This document shows, one piece after another, positions 44,354 to 53,948 of a DNA stretch of 64,000 bases. Source of the stretch: Bdellovibrionales bacterium. GTDB lineage: Bacteria > Bdellovibrionota > FAC87 > UBA2466. Every line of letters begins with the position of its first letter. Within the stretch, counting starts at the first letter, position 1. Position numbers and translations under genes: made by a program. The notes below the pieces were generated by a model that was not told where the DNA came from, made no database searches, and saw only the letters and a list, made by a program, of their open reading frames with translations. The DNA lies in assembly GCA_005776395.1 (NCBI GenBank), contig SXPJ01000019.1:848-64847 (forward strand), read 5' to 3'.

Positions 44354-45541
44354 ATGAGTTTCTCCCCTCAAAAGCCGCCTACACTAGATAACAAAAAGAA
44401 TGAAAATGTATCCGGTCGTTTAGTGGAATTACTGAGCAGTAAGCAGCAGCCGGAAGAAATGCGCAAAGCTCTGCATTCGTCACCCGATCACGAGGAAGAG
44501 ATTCATCTCGACGAGCGGTGGCTCATTGCTTACGCCGATAAAATGACCATCCTTTGTGGCTTCTTTATTATGCTTTTTGCGATCTCCACCCTGGATCCGG
44601 TCAAGCTTCAGAAGGTAACTAAGTCGGCGGAAAAAAGTTTTGGTCGACCCGATTCTAATATTCCTAACCAAGCCTTTATCGATCCGACGGTGGTGGAAAA
44701 ACTGAAAGTAGAAACACAAATTCAAATACAGCAAATTCAGATGCTTGAGGTTCAGAAGAAGGAATTGGAACAGGTAGTTGCAAAGCAAAGCAAGGATGAC
44801 GCAAAGAAAGAGAATTTAGTCCTTAAAATAGATCAGTTGAGTAAAGAAAAAATGGAAACTGAGAATAAGCTCAAGGTGATGAGTGAACAGATAAAGAAAA
44901 TGGATATTTCTCAGCAGAAACAAGTACAACTCACGACGCAAATAAACGAATTAGAGCGCAAAAACGAAACGCTACAGAGACAAATTAAGGTTCAAGACAA
45001 CAACCCCAAAGTATCTCCAGAGCAATTGATTAGTTTGAAAATTGAGAAAGATGAATTGAAGTCGAAGTTGAATATCTTGCAGCGGGAGCTTACACAGAAA
45101 AAGGAAGAAACCATTGAGTTAAGTAAAGAGCTTCAAATTTCCAAGGCGAATGCGATGGGGAGCGGTTTTGCCGCATTCGTGATGAGCTGGCCCACTCGAG
45201 ATCATGATATCGATCTCGTAGTGAAGGATCCCCAGGGAAATACTTTTGATTTTAAACGCCGCAGTTACACCTCTCTCCCGGGATTATTGGTATTAGATAC
45301 GCGCCAAGGGCCAGGTGTGGAAGTATGGCAATCGGATAGAGTTATCAGCGGCATCTATACATTCAACTACCTCTTTTACAATGCCTACGGAAATATGGAG
45401 CCCTGTCCAATCACAGGGACATTATTTACTTCAAAAGGGCGCATTGAATTACCCAAAATTAATTTAAATATTCACAAAAATAAATCCGCTAATTTTCGCA
45501 TCTCCATTGATGAAAATGGCAAGGCCCGTTTGCTTCCCTAA
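44354..45541 (+). CDS. MotB-like stator subunit lacking an OmpA-type domain (N-terminal MotB TM, coiled coil, DUF2135-like C-terminus)
   Basis: ERWLIAYADKMTILCGFFIMLFAIS is the MotB TM motif with the conserved Asp. Residues ~110-265 are heptad-rich (Q/K/E/L). The C-terminus FVMSWPTRDHDIDLVVKDPQGNTFDF...LVLDTRQGPGVEVW...GIYTFNYLFYNAYGN resembles the YfaP/DUF2135 pattern (W....D.DLhV.eP.G......D...GyGPE....G.Y...v.yY). Confidence 0.65.
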   Translation: MSFSPQKPPTLDNKKNENVSGRLVELLSSKQQPEEMRKALHSSPDHEEEIHLDERWLIAYADKMTILCGFFIMLFAISTLDPVKLQKVTKSAEKSFGRPDSNIPNQAFIDPTVVEKLKVETQIQIQQIQMLEVQKKELEQVVAKQSKDDAKKENLVLKIDQLSKEKMETENKLKVMSEQIKKMDISQQKQVQLTTQINELERKNETLQRQIKVQDNNPKVSPEQLISLKIEKDELKSKLNILQRELTQKKEETIELSKELQISKANAMGSGFAAFVMSWPTRDHDIDLVVKDPQGNTFDFKRRSYTSLPGLLVLDTRQGPGVEVWQSDRVISGIYTFNYLFYNAYGNMEPCPITGTLFTSKGRIELPKINLNIHKNKSANFRISIDENGKARLLP

Positions 45542-45568
45542 GATCTTTATCCGGTGAGAAACCTATTC

Positions 45569-46306
45569 TCAATGAAACTTAGGGCGATAATCCTGATACC
45601 TAGTTTTTAGAAAAAATCCGCCTAACCACAATAGGGCGCTCACTAAAATAAATGGCCAAATAGGCGTTTGAATATCCCCCATAATAAATCTAAAATAAAT
45701 ATAAACTAGCCAGGTATTCCAACTCATAAATCCAAGAAACCGTCCGAATGCATAAACATGGGTTCCCCAATCAAGATCTGCCACCTTTTGAGGCTCTATG
45801 CCCGGTGTAAATTCGGTGGGTTCAAGGGGCTGCTCGCCTACTATCTGACCCGCCTTAATATTGAGATCTCTTAAGATATCGCTATTAACCCCGATAGCTT
45901 TATATTCGAGCCAAAAGATTTTAATATTGTAATAAATAGTAAAACAGCCCCAAAGACCGTGAATCCAAGACAACCACACATAAGAGGAGTTCGAAACGGC
46001 CCCTCCTAAAGTGGTTAAGATCAATAAATATAAAATAGCGTATAAGGCTGGCGGAAAAACATCTCTCTTAAAGGCTTTGGTTTTCTTAACATACTCTTGA
46101 TTGAGACTTAAATCCTCCACAAGTAAACGGGTATCTTTTCCCGAACCTGTAAAAATAGCAAAAACCAAACAGTGTAAAGAGGCTGCTAAAATAGAGGTTC
46201 CAAGCCCCCAAAGCATGTGGCCAGAAACACCCATTAAACCTAAGGCCACACTTACCCCAAAAAGAACGGTGTTAACTATCGCGCAAATACCAAAAAATAG
46301 AGCCAT
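45569..46306 (-). CDS. polytopic membrane hypothetical protein (245 aa)
   Basis: Intact ORF with about 6 hydrophobic helices. No motif recognised. Confidence 0.45.
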   Translation of the reverse strand: MALFFGICAIVNTVLFGVSVALGLMGVSGHMLWGLGTSILAASLHCLVFAIFTGSGKDTRLLVEDLSLNQEYVKKTKAFKRDVFPPALYAILYLLILTTLGGAVSNSSYVWLSWIHGLWGCFTIYYNIKIFWLEYKAIGVNSDILRDLNIKAGQIVGEQPLEPTEFTPGIEPQKVADLDWGTHVYAFGRFLGFMSWNTWLVYIYFRFIMGDIQTPIWPFILVSALLWLGGFFLKTRYQDYRPKFH

Positions 46307-46348
46307 AATGCGGTGGTTCTAACTGAAACCTTGAGGGCACGCAAGATA

Positions 46349-46509
46349 TAGCACGAATCAGTTAACCCCGTACCAAATCGGTGAGTTGATTTTAGATAGC
46401 AAAGCGAGATGCGCCGACAACCGTGTACTCTTGATACTCGTAGGAGGCGCAACAAAGCTTTGCTACAAAAGCAACCGCCCAGCGGGTGCGAGGTTACTGA
46501 TTAATGCTA
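46349..46509. repeat. Copy B of the 161-162 bp structured repeat
   Basis: TAGCACGAATCAGTTAACCCC ... GAGGTTACTGATTAATGCTA. The core is roughly 85-90% identical to copies A and C by eye. Confidence 0.85.
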
Positions 46510-46558
46510 TATAACCCAACTGTTGCTTATAGAGCCTATAGGGTCTATAAAACAGGCC

Positions 46559-47410
46559 ATGCTAGATTCAAAACTTCCCCAAAGGTTATCCCCAGAAAAA
46601 CTAAAGGAGATCTCAAGGCAATGCCGAATCGATATCCTTGAAATGCTTGAAAAAGCAGGAAGTGGTCACCCCGGGGGATCACTCTCTGCCATCGATATCA
46701 TCATGACCCTATTTTTTCATGAGATGAAAAGCAATCCTAGTGAGCCTATGTGGGAAGATCGTGATCGCTTCATATTATCTAAAGGACACGGAGTTCCCGC
46801 TCTTTATTCTGTTCTAGCGGAACGGGAAATTATTCCAAAGGCTGAGTTATTAACCCTACGTAAAATTAATTCTCGAATTCAAGGACACCCAGATCGAGTT
46901 TTGCTTCCTGTAGTAGAAGCCTCCACAGGAAGCTTAGGACAAGGAATCTCAATAGCTCAAGGAATCGCGTTAGGGCTTAAGCTGCAAAAGAAAGATTCAA
47001 AAGTATTTTGCTTAATGGGAGATGGCGAAACGCAAGAGGGACAAGTTTGGGAAACAGCCCTTTCAGCCCCTAAGTACAAATTAAATAATCTTGTTGTGTT
47101 TATCGATAATAATAATGGCCAAATTGATGGTCACGTAGAGGATGTGATGGATTTACGCCCATTAGCGGATAAATGGCGTGCGTTTCGCTGGGCCGTACAA
47201 GAGATCGATGGTCATGACTTCTCACAAATAATCGGAGCCTTGGAAACAGCACGAAAAGAGACTGAAAGACCTACACTTATTGTGGCAAAAACGGTCAAGG
47301 GTAAAGGGATTTCATTTATGGAAAATTCCATTGCGTGGCATGGGGTTTCACCTAATAAAGAACAACTAGATCGGGCCTTATTAGATCTTAATGGAGGATT
47401 TAAATCATGA
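46559..47410 (+). CDS. transketolase, N-terminal (thiamine diphosphate-binding) subunit
   Basis: GSGHPGGSLSAIDI, SKGHG.PALY and GDGE.QEGQVWE are transketolase N-terminal motifs. The start is uncertain: ATG at 46559 or TTG at 46523. Confidence 0.85.
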   Translation: MLDSKLPQRLSPEKLKEISRQCRIDILEMLEKAGSGHPGGSLSAIDIIMTLFFHEMKSNPSEPMWEDRDRFILSKGHGVPALYSVLAEREIIPKAELLTLRKINSRIQGHPDRVLLPVVEASTGSLGQGISIAQGIALGLKLQKKDSKVFCLMGDGETQEGQVWETALSAPKYKLNNLVVFIDNNNGQIDGHVEDVMDLRPLADKWRAFRWAVQEIDGHDFSQIIGALETARKETERPTLIVAKTVKGKGISFMENSIAWHGVSPNKEQLDRALLDLNGGFKS

Positions 47411-48354
47411 GCGCACCCTCAACTCCTTCAACATCAAAAGAAAAAGCAACTCGCGACTCTTTTGGCGAAGCTATTAGAGATCTTGGCAAAGAGTTTTCAA
47501 AAATTGTTGTGCTAGATGCTGATCTCTCCGTCAGTACAAAAAGTATTTTATTCGCTAAAGAGTTTCCCGAGCGTTTTTTTCAAATGGGAATTGCTGAATC
47601 CAACATGATTGGAACCGCAGCGGGACTTTCTTTTACTGGACTTATTCCTTTCTGCTGTAGCTTTGGTGCCTTTGTAGCGGGTCGATATGAAACAATCCGC
47701 GTTTCTGTAGGTTACTCCAAAGCCAATGTAAAGATTATTGGAACTCATAGTGGACTAGGTATCGGGGATGATGGCTACACCCAAATGGGATTAGAAGATA
47801 TCAATGTTTTACGAGGAATTCCCGGCATGATCCTCATCAATCCCTCAGATGATGCCACCACTAGAGCCGCGGTCAGATTTGCAGTGACTCACGAAGGGCC
47901 AGTCTATTTAAGACTCACAAGACAAAAACTTCCCTCTCTTCACCAGATCACAGATTTTCAATGTGGCAGAGGTATTATTCTAAAAGAAGGAAAAGACCTT
48001 GCCCTTATTGGCACCGGAAGCACCGTTATTGAATGTTTAAAAGCCTCTCAAACTTTGTCTAAACTAAATCCTTGGGTAATCGATATTCACACGATTAAAC
48101 CCATCGATCGAGCGCTCATTAAGACTTTAGCTCGAAACTGCAAGCATATAATTACAGCCGAAGATCATAATGTGGTAGGCGGATTAGGAACGGCAGTTTC
48201 AGAGGTCTTGGCAGAAGAGGGTTGGGCAGGAAAATTAGTTCGTTTGGGAGTACAAGATACCTATGGAGAATCTGGAGCCCCTGATGAGCTTTACGAAAAA
48301 TACGGTTTTTCAGCCAACAAAATTACTCAAAAGGTAATGAGCCTTGTTGGTTAA
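47407..48354 (+). CDS. transketolase, C-terminal (pyrimidine-binding) subunit
   Basis: RDSFGEA...L......IVVLDADL..ST....F...FPERFFQMGIAE.NMIG.AAGL. It overlaps the N-terminal subunit gene through an ATGA junction. Confidence 0.9.
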   Translation: MSAPSTPSTSKEKATRDSFGEAIRDLGKEFSKIVVLDADLSVSTKSILFAKEFPERFFQMGIAESNMIGTAAGLSFTGLIPFCCSFGAFVAGRYETIRVSVGYSKANVKIIGTHSGLGIGDDGYTQMGLEDINVLRGIPGMILINPSDDATTRAAVRFAVTHEGPVYLRLTRQKLPSLHQITDFQCGRGIILKEGKDLALIGTGSTVIECLKASQTLSKLNPWVIDIHTIKPIDRALIKTLARNCKHIITAEDHNVVGGLGTAVSEVLAEEGWAGKLVRLGVQDTYGESGAPDELYEKYGFSANKITQKVMSLVG

Positions 48355-48359
48355 ATAGG

Positions 48360-49193
48360 TTAGTTTACAATTTCTCGGTAGCCCTTGAGCATGGTGGTTA
48401 ACTTTTTTATCTCGTTAACATCGTCAGCTGTGGGCCTGGATTTTAAATAGGACTTTAAATCTGTCATAGCTTTTGTGAAATATTCCATTTCACAATAGAG
48501 AATTCCCCTGTCTCGAGTCAACTCAGGCGATTCTGGAAAGATACAGGTCAATAACTCTACCGCCCTGAGCGCCTCAACAGCATTTCCTTTTAAAATATAG
48601 ATGTGTTTCAATTGTTGTATAAGTCGGGCTACCAATTGCTGTGAATTAATTCTCTCAAAGAGGTTCGTAGACAAAATTCGATTTCTATTCATTGCTGAAC
48701 GAAACTTCTTCTGGAAATCCTCTTGTCCCCAAAATTTTCCACCCTCGAAAGGATCAATATAGATCTCTTCGGATACCCCCTTAAGTCTTATTAAGTAATA
48801 AGAGGGAAGTGCCAAAACTTCATAATCAATACCCACCTGCTCAGCCATGATCGCGTAGAGCATTGTCAAAGTCAGAGAACTCCCTATTTTATTATCCATT
48901 ACACAGTGAAGATAATAGCGATTAGGATCATCAATAACCTGTTTATGTTTATCGCTCTTCCCCTGTAACCCTGCAATTTTGTATATAACATGGTTAATGG
49001 CTTCAGCCTTTTTTACGGGATCATATTTAAATCTTGCAGCGCGATGCCACACTCGAGCTGCCATCTCTAGTACGCGCTCAACATAAGAAGAATCGTTGAA
49101 TACAGGATTTTGCACTTGGCCTGCAAATAAAGCCGCACGCAGAAGATCATGACGACGCAAGAGCGTTAATAGCTCCGATTTGATTTCAGTCAT
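48360..49193 (-). CDS. SirB1/YchA-like protein (transglutaminase-like N-domain plus TPR-like C-domain)
   Basis: YYLHCVMDNKIGSSLTLTMLYAIMAEQVGIDYEVLALPSYYLIRL....EIYIDPFEGG resembles the SirB1 N-terminal pattern. The C-terminus is TPR-like. Confidence 0.55.
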   Translation of the reverse strand: MTEIKSELLTLLRRHDLLRAALFAGQVQNPVFNDSSYVERVLEMAARVWHRAARFKYDPVKKAEAINHVIYKIAGLQGKSDKHKQVIDDPNRYYLHCVMDNKIGSSLTLTMLYAIMAEQVGIDYEVLALPSYYLIRLKGVSEEIYIDPFEGGKFWGQEDFQKKFRSAMNRNRILSTNLFERINSQQLVARLIQQLKHIYILKGNAVEALRAVELLTCIFPESPELTRDRGILYCEMEYFTKAMTDLKSYLKSRPTADDVNEIKKLTTMLKGYREIVN

Positions 49194-49382
49194 AGGATTA
49201 TTTTGTTTGGGAGATGAAGTTGAAGGGCGAAAACTGCAGAGGAAAATTTGCCCTATTCTTTTAGTGTATAGAAACTGGTTAAAAAATCAATTCTCTTAGT
49301 TAGTGCAAAGCGGCTTTTGTATGGCGCAATGCGAACCTTGTTTTCTTGACTTGAATCCAAGCTGAGGCCACAACAAAACTCT

Positions 49383-50735
49383 ATGAAAGAAAAGTTTATT
49401 TATGTTTGTCAGCAATGCGGCCAACAGTATTCAAAATGGATGGGAAAGTGCCAGGAGTGCGGTGAGTGGAACAGTGTCGTTGAGGAGCGTACACTGGGAA
49501 ACACAAAGAAAAAAGCCTCTTCCATTACAAGCAGCTCTCAACCTCAAGCTATCTCCGAAATTATCGCTGAAGATTTTCCTAGAATAACTTCTGATCTATC
49601 TGAATTCGATAACGTCTTAGGGGGAGGGCTTGTTCCGGGAAGTGCTATTCTTTTAGGCGGAGAACCCGGGGTCGGCAAATCAACCATTCTTCTTCAGGCC
49701 GCCGATCAGTATGCACGACTCAAACAAAAAGTTTTGTATGTAAGCGGGGAGGAATCGGCCTCTCAAATTGCTCTTCGCTCACAAAGATTAGGGGTTAACA
49801 CAGATAATCTTCTAGTTGTTTGTGAAACAACTCTAGAAAAAATTGTAACTCACATCGAAAAAGTTTCACCTCAACTTCTTATTATCGACTCAATTCAAAC
49901 CATTTACAGTGATGAACTTGATTCTCAGCCCGGAAGTGTCGGGCAGCTAAGAGAATGCGCCTATGAAATTATCTCTTTAGCTAAAGCAAGAAACATGGCT
50001 ACCTTTCTCGTTGGGCATGTGACCAAAGAGGGAGCTATTGCGGGGCCTAAAGTTTTAGAACACATGGTAGATGTTGTTCTCTATTTTGAAGGAACCTCTT
50101 CTCAATCATTCCGTTTATTACGCTCAATCAAAAACCGATTTGGTTCCACTAATGAAATTGGAGTTTTTGAAATTGCAAGTAAGGGGCTAAAACAGGTCAC
50201 AAATCCCTCAGAGCTTTTTTTATCTGAGAGACCCGATACCGTTCCCGGTTCAGTTATCGTTGCAAGCGTTGAGGGGACACGACCTATTTTAGTCGAAGTG
50301 CAAGCTCTAGTCTCTGGAAGCGCTCTTGCCATGCCAAGAAGAACGGCTCTGGGGCTAGATCCCAACCGTGTCGCTCTTCTCGTCGCTATTTTGGAAAAGC
50401 GGGGAGGCTTTAGACTTTTCGATCAAGATGTTTACGTTAACATTGCCGGTGGCTTACGCGTCACAGAAACCGCAATAGATCTCGGTGTAGCTGCAGCTCT
50501 TATCTCAAGTTATACAGGCCGAGCTGTTCCAGCGGGGACAGTTTTCTTCGGTGAAATGGGGCTTGGAGGGGAGGTTAGAAGTATTCCCAAGGCTGGAATT
50601 CGACTCAAAGAGGCTGAGCGAATTGGTCTAAAGCGAGCTTATATTCCAAGAAAAACGGCAAAAGAGATCACAGATTGTAAAAATTTAGAAATAATTCCTA
50701 TAGAACATGTCCAGGAATTAGCTGATAAACTGTAA
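49383..50735 (+). CDS. radA: DNA repair protein RadA
   Basis: The zinc finger is YVCQQCGQQYSKWMGKCQECGEWNS, the Walker A is GGEPGVGKST, KNRFG is present, and there is a Lon-like C-terminal domain. Confidence 0.95.
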   Translation: MKEKFIYVCQQCGQQYSKWMGKCQECGEWNSVVEERTLGNTKKKASSITSSSQPQAISEIIAEDFPRITSDLSEFDNVLGGGLVPGSAILLGGEPGVGKSTILLQAADQYARLKQKVLYVSGEESASQIALRSQRLGVNTDNLLVVCETTLEKIVTHIEKVSPQLLIIDSIQTIYSDELDSQPGSVGQLRECAYEIISLAKARNMATFLVGHVTKEGAIAGPKVLEHMVDVVLYFEGTSSQSFRLLRSIKNRFGSTNEIGVFEIASKGLKQVTNPSELFLSERPDTVPGSVIVASVEGTRPILVEVQALVSGSALAMPRRTALGLDPNRVALLVAILEKRGGFRLFDQDVYVNIAGGLRVTETAIDLGVAAALISSYTGRAVPAGTVFFGEMGLGGEVRSIPKAGIRLKEAERIGLKRAYIPRKTAKEITDCKNLEIIPIEHVQELADKL

Positions 50736-50736
50736 A

Positions 50737-52230
50737 TTATTTTGTGAGTAGAGTGACAGCCTTCATGGCCTTATCCCAACGAGCGATTTCACTCTTTCTA
50801 GTCTTAGCGTTTATTTTCGGTTCATAAATCTTATCTGCCTTCCATCTCTTTTTAATATCCTCAAGATTTTTCCAAATTCCCACTGTGAGCCCCGCCTGTA
50901 AACCGGCACCAAGTGCAGTTGTCTCTAATAGACTCGAACGAACCAAATGACATCCCAAGAGATCCGACTGAAACTGCATCATAAAGTTGTTCGCAGCCCC
51001 ACCTCCATCCACCTTACAAAGTTGAATCTTTTTACCGTAATCTTTCATCATGGCCGCTAATAGTTCCCTCACCTGAAAAGAGATTCCCTCTAAAGTAGCC
51101 CTAGCAATATGAGCCCTGGTTGTTCTTCGACTAATACCACTGATAAGTCCAGTCGCAGTGGGGAGCCAATGGGGAGCTCCCATCCCGGAAAGGGCCGGAA
51201 CAAAAATGACACCATCGGAATCAGAAACAGATGTAGCTAAAGCTTCAATCTGGCTAGCCTCATCAAAAAACTCCAACCCATCGCGAAGCCACTGAACTGC
51301 AGCCCCGGCGATAAAAGCACTTCCTTCTAGTCCATAAGTGGTTTTATGACCTAGTCGCCAACCTACAGTAGTTAAAAGTTTGTTTTTTGAAAAGACAGGG
51401 GTCGAGCCGGTATTAACTAGAGCAAAGGCCCCCGTTCCATAAGTGCACTTTGCCATGCCCTTAGAAAAACAGGCCTGGCCAAAAAGAGCCGATTGTTGAT
51501 CTCCAATCATTCCCGTAATAGGAACTTCGTCAGGAAGCCCAGGAAAATTTTTAGTTCGACCAAACTCAACATCGTTAGCACAAATCTCAGGAAGAACCGC
51601 TTTAGGTATTTGGAAAAGTTTTAATAGATCTTCATCCCACTGACAGGTTTTAATATCCATTAACAAAGTTCTACTAGCATTTGAACCTTCAGTTTTGTGA
51701 GTTCCTCCTGTCATTCGATAAAGCAAGTAGCTCTCGATGGTTCCAAATGCAACTTTTCCAGATTTAGCAAGCCCTTTAGCTTGAGGAATATTTTTTAACA
51801 ACCACTCTAGTTTAGTTCCACTAAAGTAGGGATCTAGTAGAAGTCCCGTTTTTTTGTGAATATATTTTTCATACCCCTGTTTTTTTAGTTTTTGACAGAT
51901 CTCATGAGTTCTTCGATCCTGCCAAACTATTGCACGATGTAAGGGTTTAGCCTCGGGGCCATGATGCCACAAACAGGTGGTTTCTCTTTGGTTGGTAATT
52001 CCAATAGCCGAGATATCTTTTCCACTAATATTAGCTCTCTTTAGAACATCTGAGACCGCTTTAATAACAGAACTCCAAATCTCATTAAGATCATGCTCCA
52101 CCCAAGAGGCTTCAGGAAAGTGTTGGGGAAACTCATGGTTTACCTTAGCAAGAACCTTCAGATCCTCATCAAATATGAGAGCAGTAGTTCCAGTGGTTCC
52201 TTGATCAATAGCTAAAATTAGAGGTCGCAT
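50737..52230 (-). CDS. glpK: glycerol kinase
   Basis: LAIDQGTTGTTALIFD...HEF.Q.FP...WVEHD..EIW and FGGY-family motifs throughout. An AGGAG RBS is present. Confidence 0.95.
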   Translation of the reverse strand: MRPLILAIDQGTTGTTALIFDEDLKVLAKVNHEFPQHFPEASWVEHDLNEIWSSVIKAVSDVLKRANISGKDISAIGITNQRETTCLWHHGPEAKPLHRAIVWQDRRTHEICQKLKKQGYEKYIHKKTGLLLDPYFSGTKLEWLLKNIPQAKGLAKSGKVAFGTIESYLLYRMTGGTHKTEGSNASRTLLMDIKTCQWDEDLLKLFQIPKAVLPEICANDVEFGRTKNFPGLPDEVPITGMIGDQQSALFGQACFSKGMAKCTYGTGAFALVNTGSTPVFSKNKLLTTVGWRLGHKTTYGLEGSAFIAGAAVQWLRDGLEFFDEASQIEALATSVSDSDGVIFVPALSGMGAPHWLPTATGLISGISRRTTRAHIARATLEGISFQVRELLAAMMKDYGKKIQLCKVDGGGAANNFMMQFQSDLLGCHLVRSSLLETTALGAGLQAGLTVGIWKNLEDIKKRWKADKIYEPKINAKTRKSEIARWDKAMKAVTLLTK

Positions 52231-52250
52231 AGTTTAGGCTCCTAGAGTTA

Positions 52251-52411
52251 TAGCACTCACCAGTTAACCCAGTACCAGATCGGTGAGTTGATTTTGAATA
52301 GCAAAGCGAGACGCGCCGACAACCGTGTACTCTTGGTACTTGTAGGAGGCGCAACAAAGCTTTCCAACAAAAGCACCCCCCATCTGATACGGAGTTAACT
52401 GGTTAGTGCTA
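52251..52411. repeat. Copy C of the 161-162 bp structured repeat
   Basis: TAGCACTCACCAGTTAACCC ... GGAGTTAACTGGTTAGTGCTA. It starts 20 nt upstream of the glpK start codon. Confidence 0.85.
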
Positions 52412-52508
52412 TAAGTACGGATTATAACTAAACTCTTCTTGAAACAAAATCGGGTTCACCCTTTTAAGTACAGATTTTTTAAAAAATTTACGCTATAGGT
52501 ATCCCCCT

Positions 52509-53351
52509 ATGAAGAAGACTCAACAACACAACCTAAAACCTGCTTTGGAAGCAGCTTTTCAGGACTACCACCACAACAAGGAAAGTAGGCTCGATCCAAT
52601 TTCCCTAGTCTCTTCATATACCAATCCCCAAGATCGAGAAGTGGTTGCTTTTATAGTTGCCCTTTTATCTTATGGAAATGTTAGAACCATTATTCAAAGT
52701 GGAACAAAAGCCTTAACCCCCCTGGGCACAACACCCTTTAAATATTTAATTTCTGATGAACCCTTAAATTTATGGTCTGATTTTAAGCATCGTTTCACTA
52801 CCGGAAAAGATATCGAAATTATGAGTCACTGGTTGAGACAAATTCTTAAAACAGAAGGTTCTTTAGAGCGCTTTTTTATTAAAGTAAATCCCGCCCCCCA
52901 TCTATCTATGAAGGAAAAATTGTCCCATTTCGTTAAGGGAATTTGGTCACAATCCTTACCCAAAAGTCTGCATCCAGATCTAACTAAACGAAAAAGAAAT
53001 TTAAAATATTTAATTTCTGATCCTGAACAGGGAAGTGCGTGTAAAAGACTCAATATGTTTTTACGCTGGGTTGTTCGCCCTCAAGATGGTGTAGATTTGG
53101 GTCTATGGAAAAAGGTTTCTACAAGAGAACTCATGTTACCCATCGACACTCACTTGCTTCAAACCCTTAAAAACCTACGCTGGATTCGAACAAATCAGGC
53201 CACTTGGAAAACTGTTGAAAGAGCAACTCAAAAACTGAGAGAAATTTCCGAAGAGGATCCCATAAGATATGATTTTGCCCTCTGCCATTTATCCATGTCA
53301 GGTGGCAATATCAGGGACTATCAAAAACCCTTTAAAACGGTGAAAGTCTAA
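52509..53351 (+). CDS. TIGR02757 (DUF2400) family protein
   Basis: REVVAFIVALLSYGNV..I, HRF..G.DI, C.RLNMFLRWVVR...VDLGLW, LPIDTH and DPIRYDFALCHL fit my memory of this family's conserved blocks. Confidence 0.7.
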   Translation: MKKTQQHNLKPALEAAFQDYHHNKESRLDPISLVSSYTNPQDREVVAFIVALLSYGNVRTIIQSGTKALTPLGTTPFKYLISDEPLNLWSDFKHRFTTGKDIEIMSHWLRQILKTEGSLERFFIKVNPAPHLSMKEKLSHFVKGIWSQSLPKSLHPDLTKRKRNLKYLISDPEQGSACKRLNMFLRWVVRPQDGVDLGLWKKVSTRELMLPIDTHLLQTLKNLRWIRTNQATWKTVERATQKLREISEEDPIRYDFALCHLSMSGGNIRDYQKPFKTVKV

Positions 53352-53947
53352 TGAGAAACTGGAACGATGATCCCTACACAAAAAAAGCCAGGAAAGAAAA
53401 TTTCGAGGCCAGATCGGTCTATAAACTTGAAGAGATTGATAAAAGAGAGCGAATTTTTTCTGGCGTTAAGATAGTCCTAGACTTAGGCGCTGCCCCTGGC
53501 TCTTGGACTCAATACTGTTTACAAAAACTTTCTAAAACAGATGGAAAGATTATTGCAGTCGATATCAGCCCTATTCAGGTCCAGGATCCCAGACTTATTT
53601 TTCTTCATCAATCCATTGAAGATGTAGATCTTACTCCTTATGTAGGAGGAGGAAAGGTAGATATGGTCCTAAGTGACATGGCTCCCAAAACTAGTGGAGT
53701 TCATGACCGTGATGTAGCTCTCTCATTTGAACTTGCCTCTCTAGCTTTTAATACCTGTGAAAAACAGCTCAAAAATGGTGGGACCTTTGTTGTGAAGCTT
53801 TTTATGGGGGATTCATTTGAAGAGTTCAACAAACTACTTAAGACCCATTTTTCACAGGTAAGACTTTTAAGACCCGATAGCACAAGAAAACACAGCCGAG
53901 AGATTTTCTTTATTGGGAAGGGATTTCATTCAAAAGGACCCAAATAG
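53351..53947 (+). CDS. rlmE: 23S rRNA (uridine2552-2'-O)-methyltransferase
   Basis: DPYTKKA....F.ARS.YKL.EID......GVK.VLDLGAAPGSW.QY ... VLSDMAP..SG are FtsJ/RlmE motifs. Confidence 0.9.
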   Translation: MRNWNDDPYTKKARKENFEARSVYKLEEIDKRERIFSGVKIVLDLGAAPGSWTQYCLQKLSKTDGKIIAVDISPIQVQDPRLIFLHQSIEDVDLTPYVGGGKVDMVLSDMAPKTSGVHDRDVALSFELASLAFNTCEKQLKNGGTFVVKLFMGDSFEEFNKLLKTHFSQVRLLRPDSTRKHSREIFFIGKGFHSKGPK

Positions 53948-53948
53948 T

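Noticed and set aside
43506-45541. The MotAB-like pair interpreted as a Zorya-type anti-phage system.
   Set aside because: The MotA-like protein is of normal length (279 aa) and has no long ZorA tail. There are no ZorC/ZorD-like helicase or nuclease genes adjacent.
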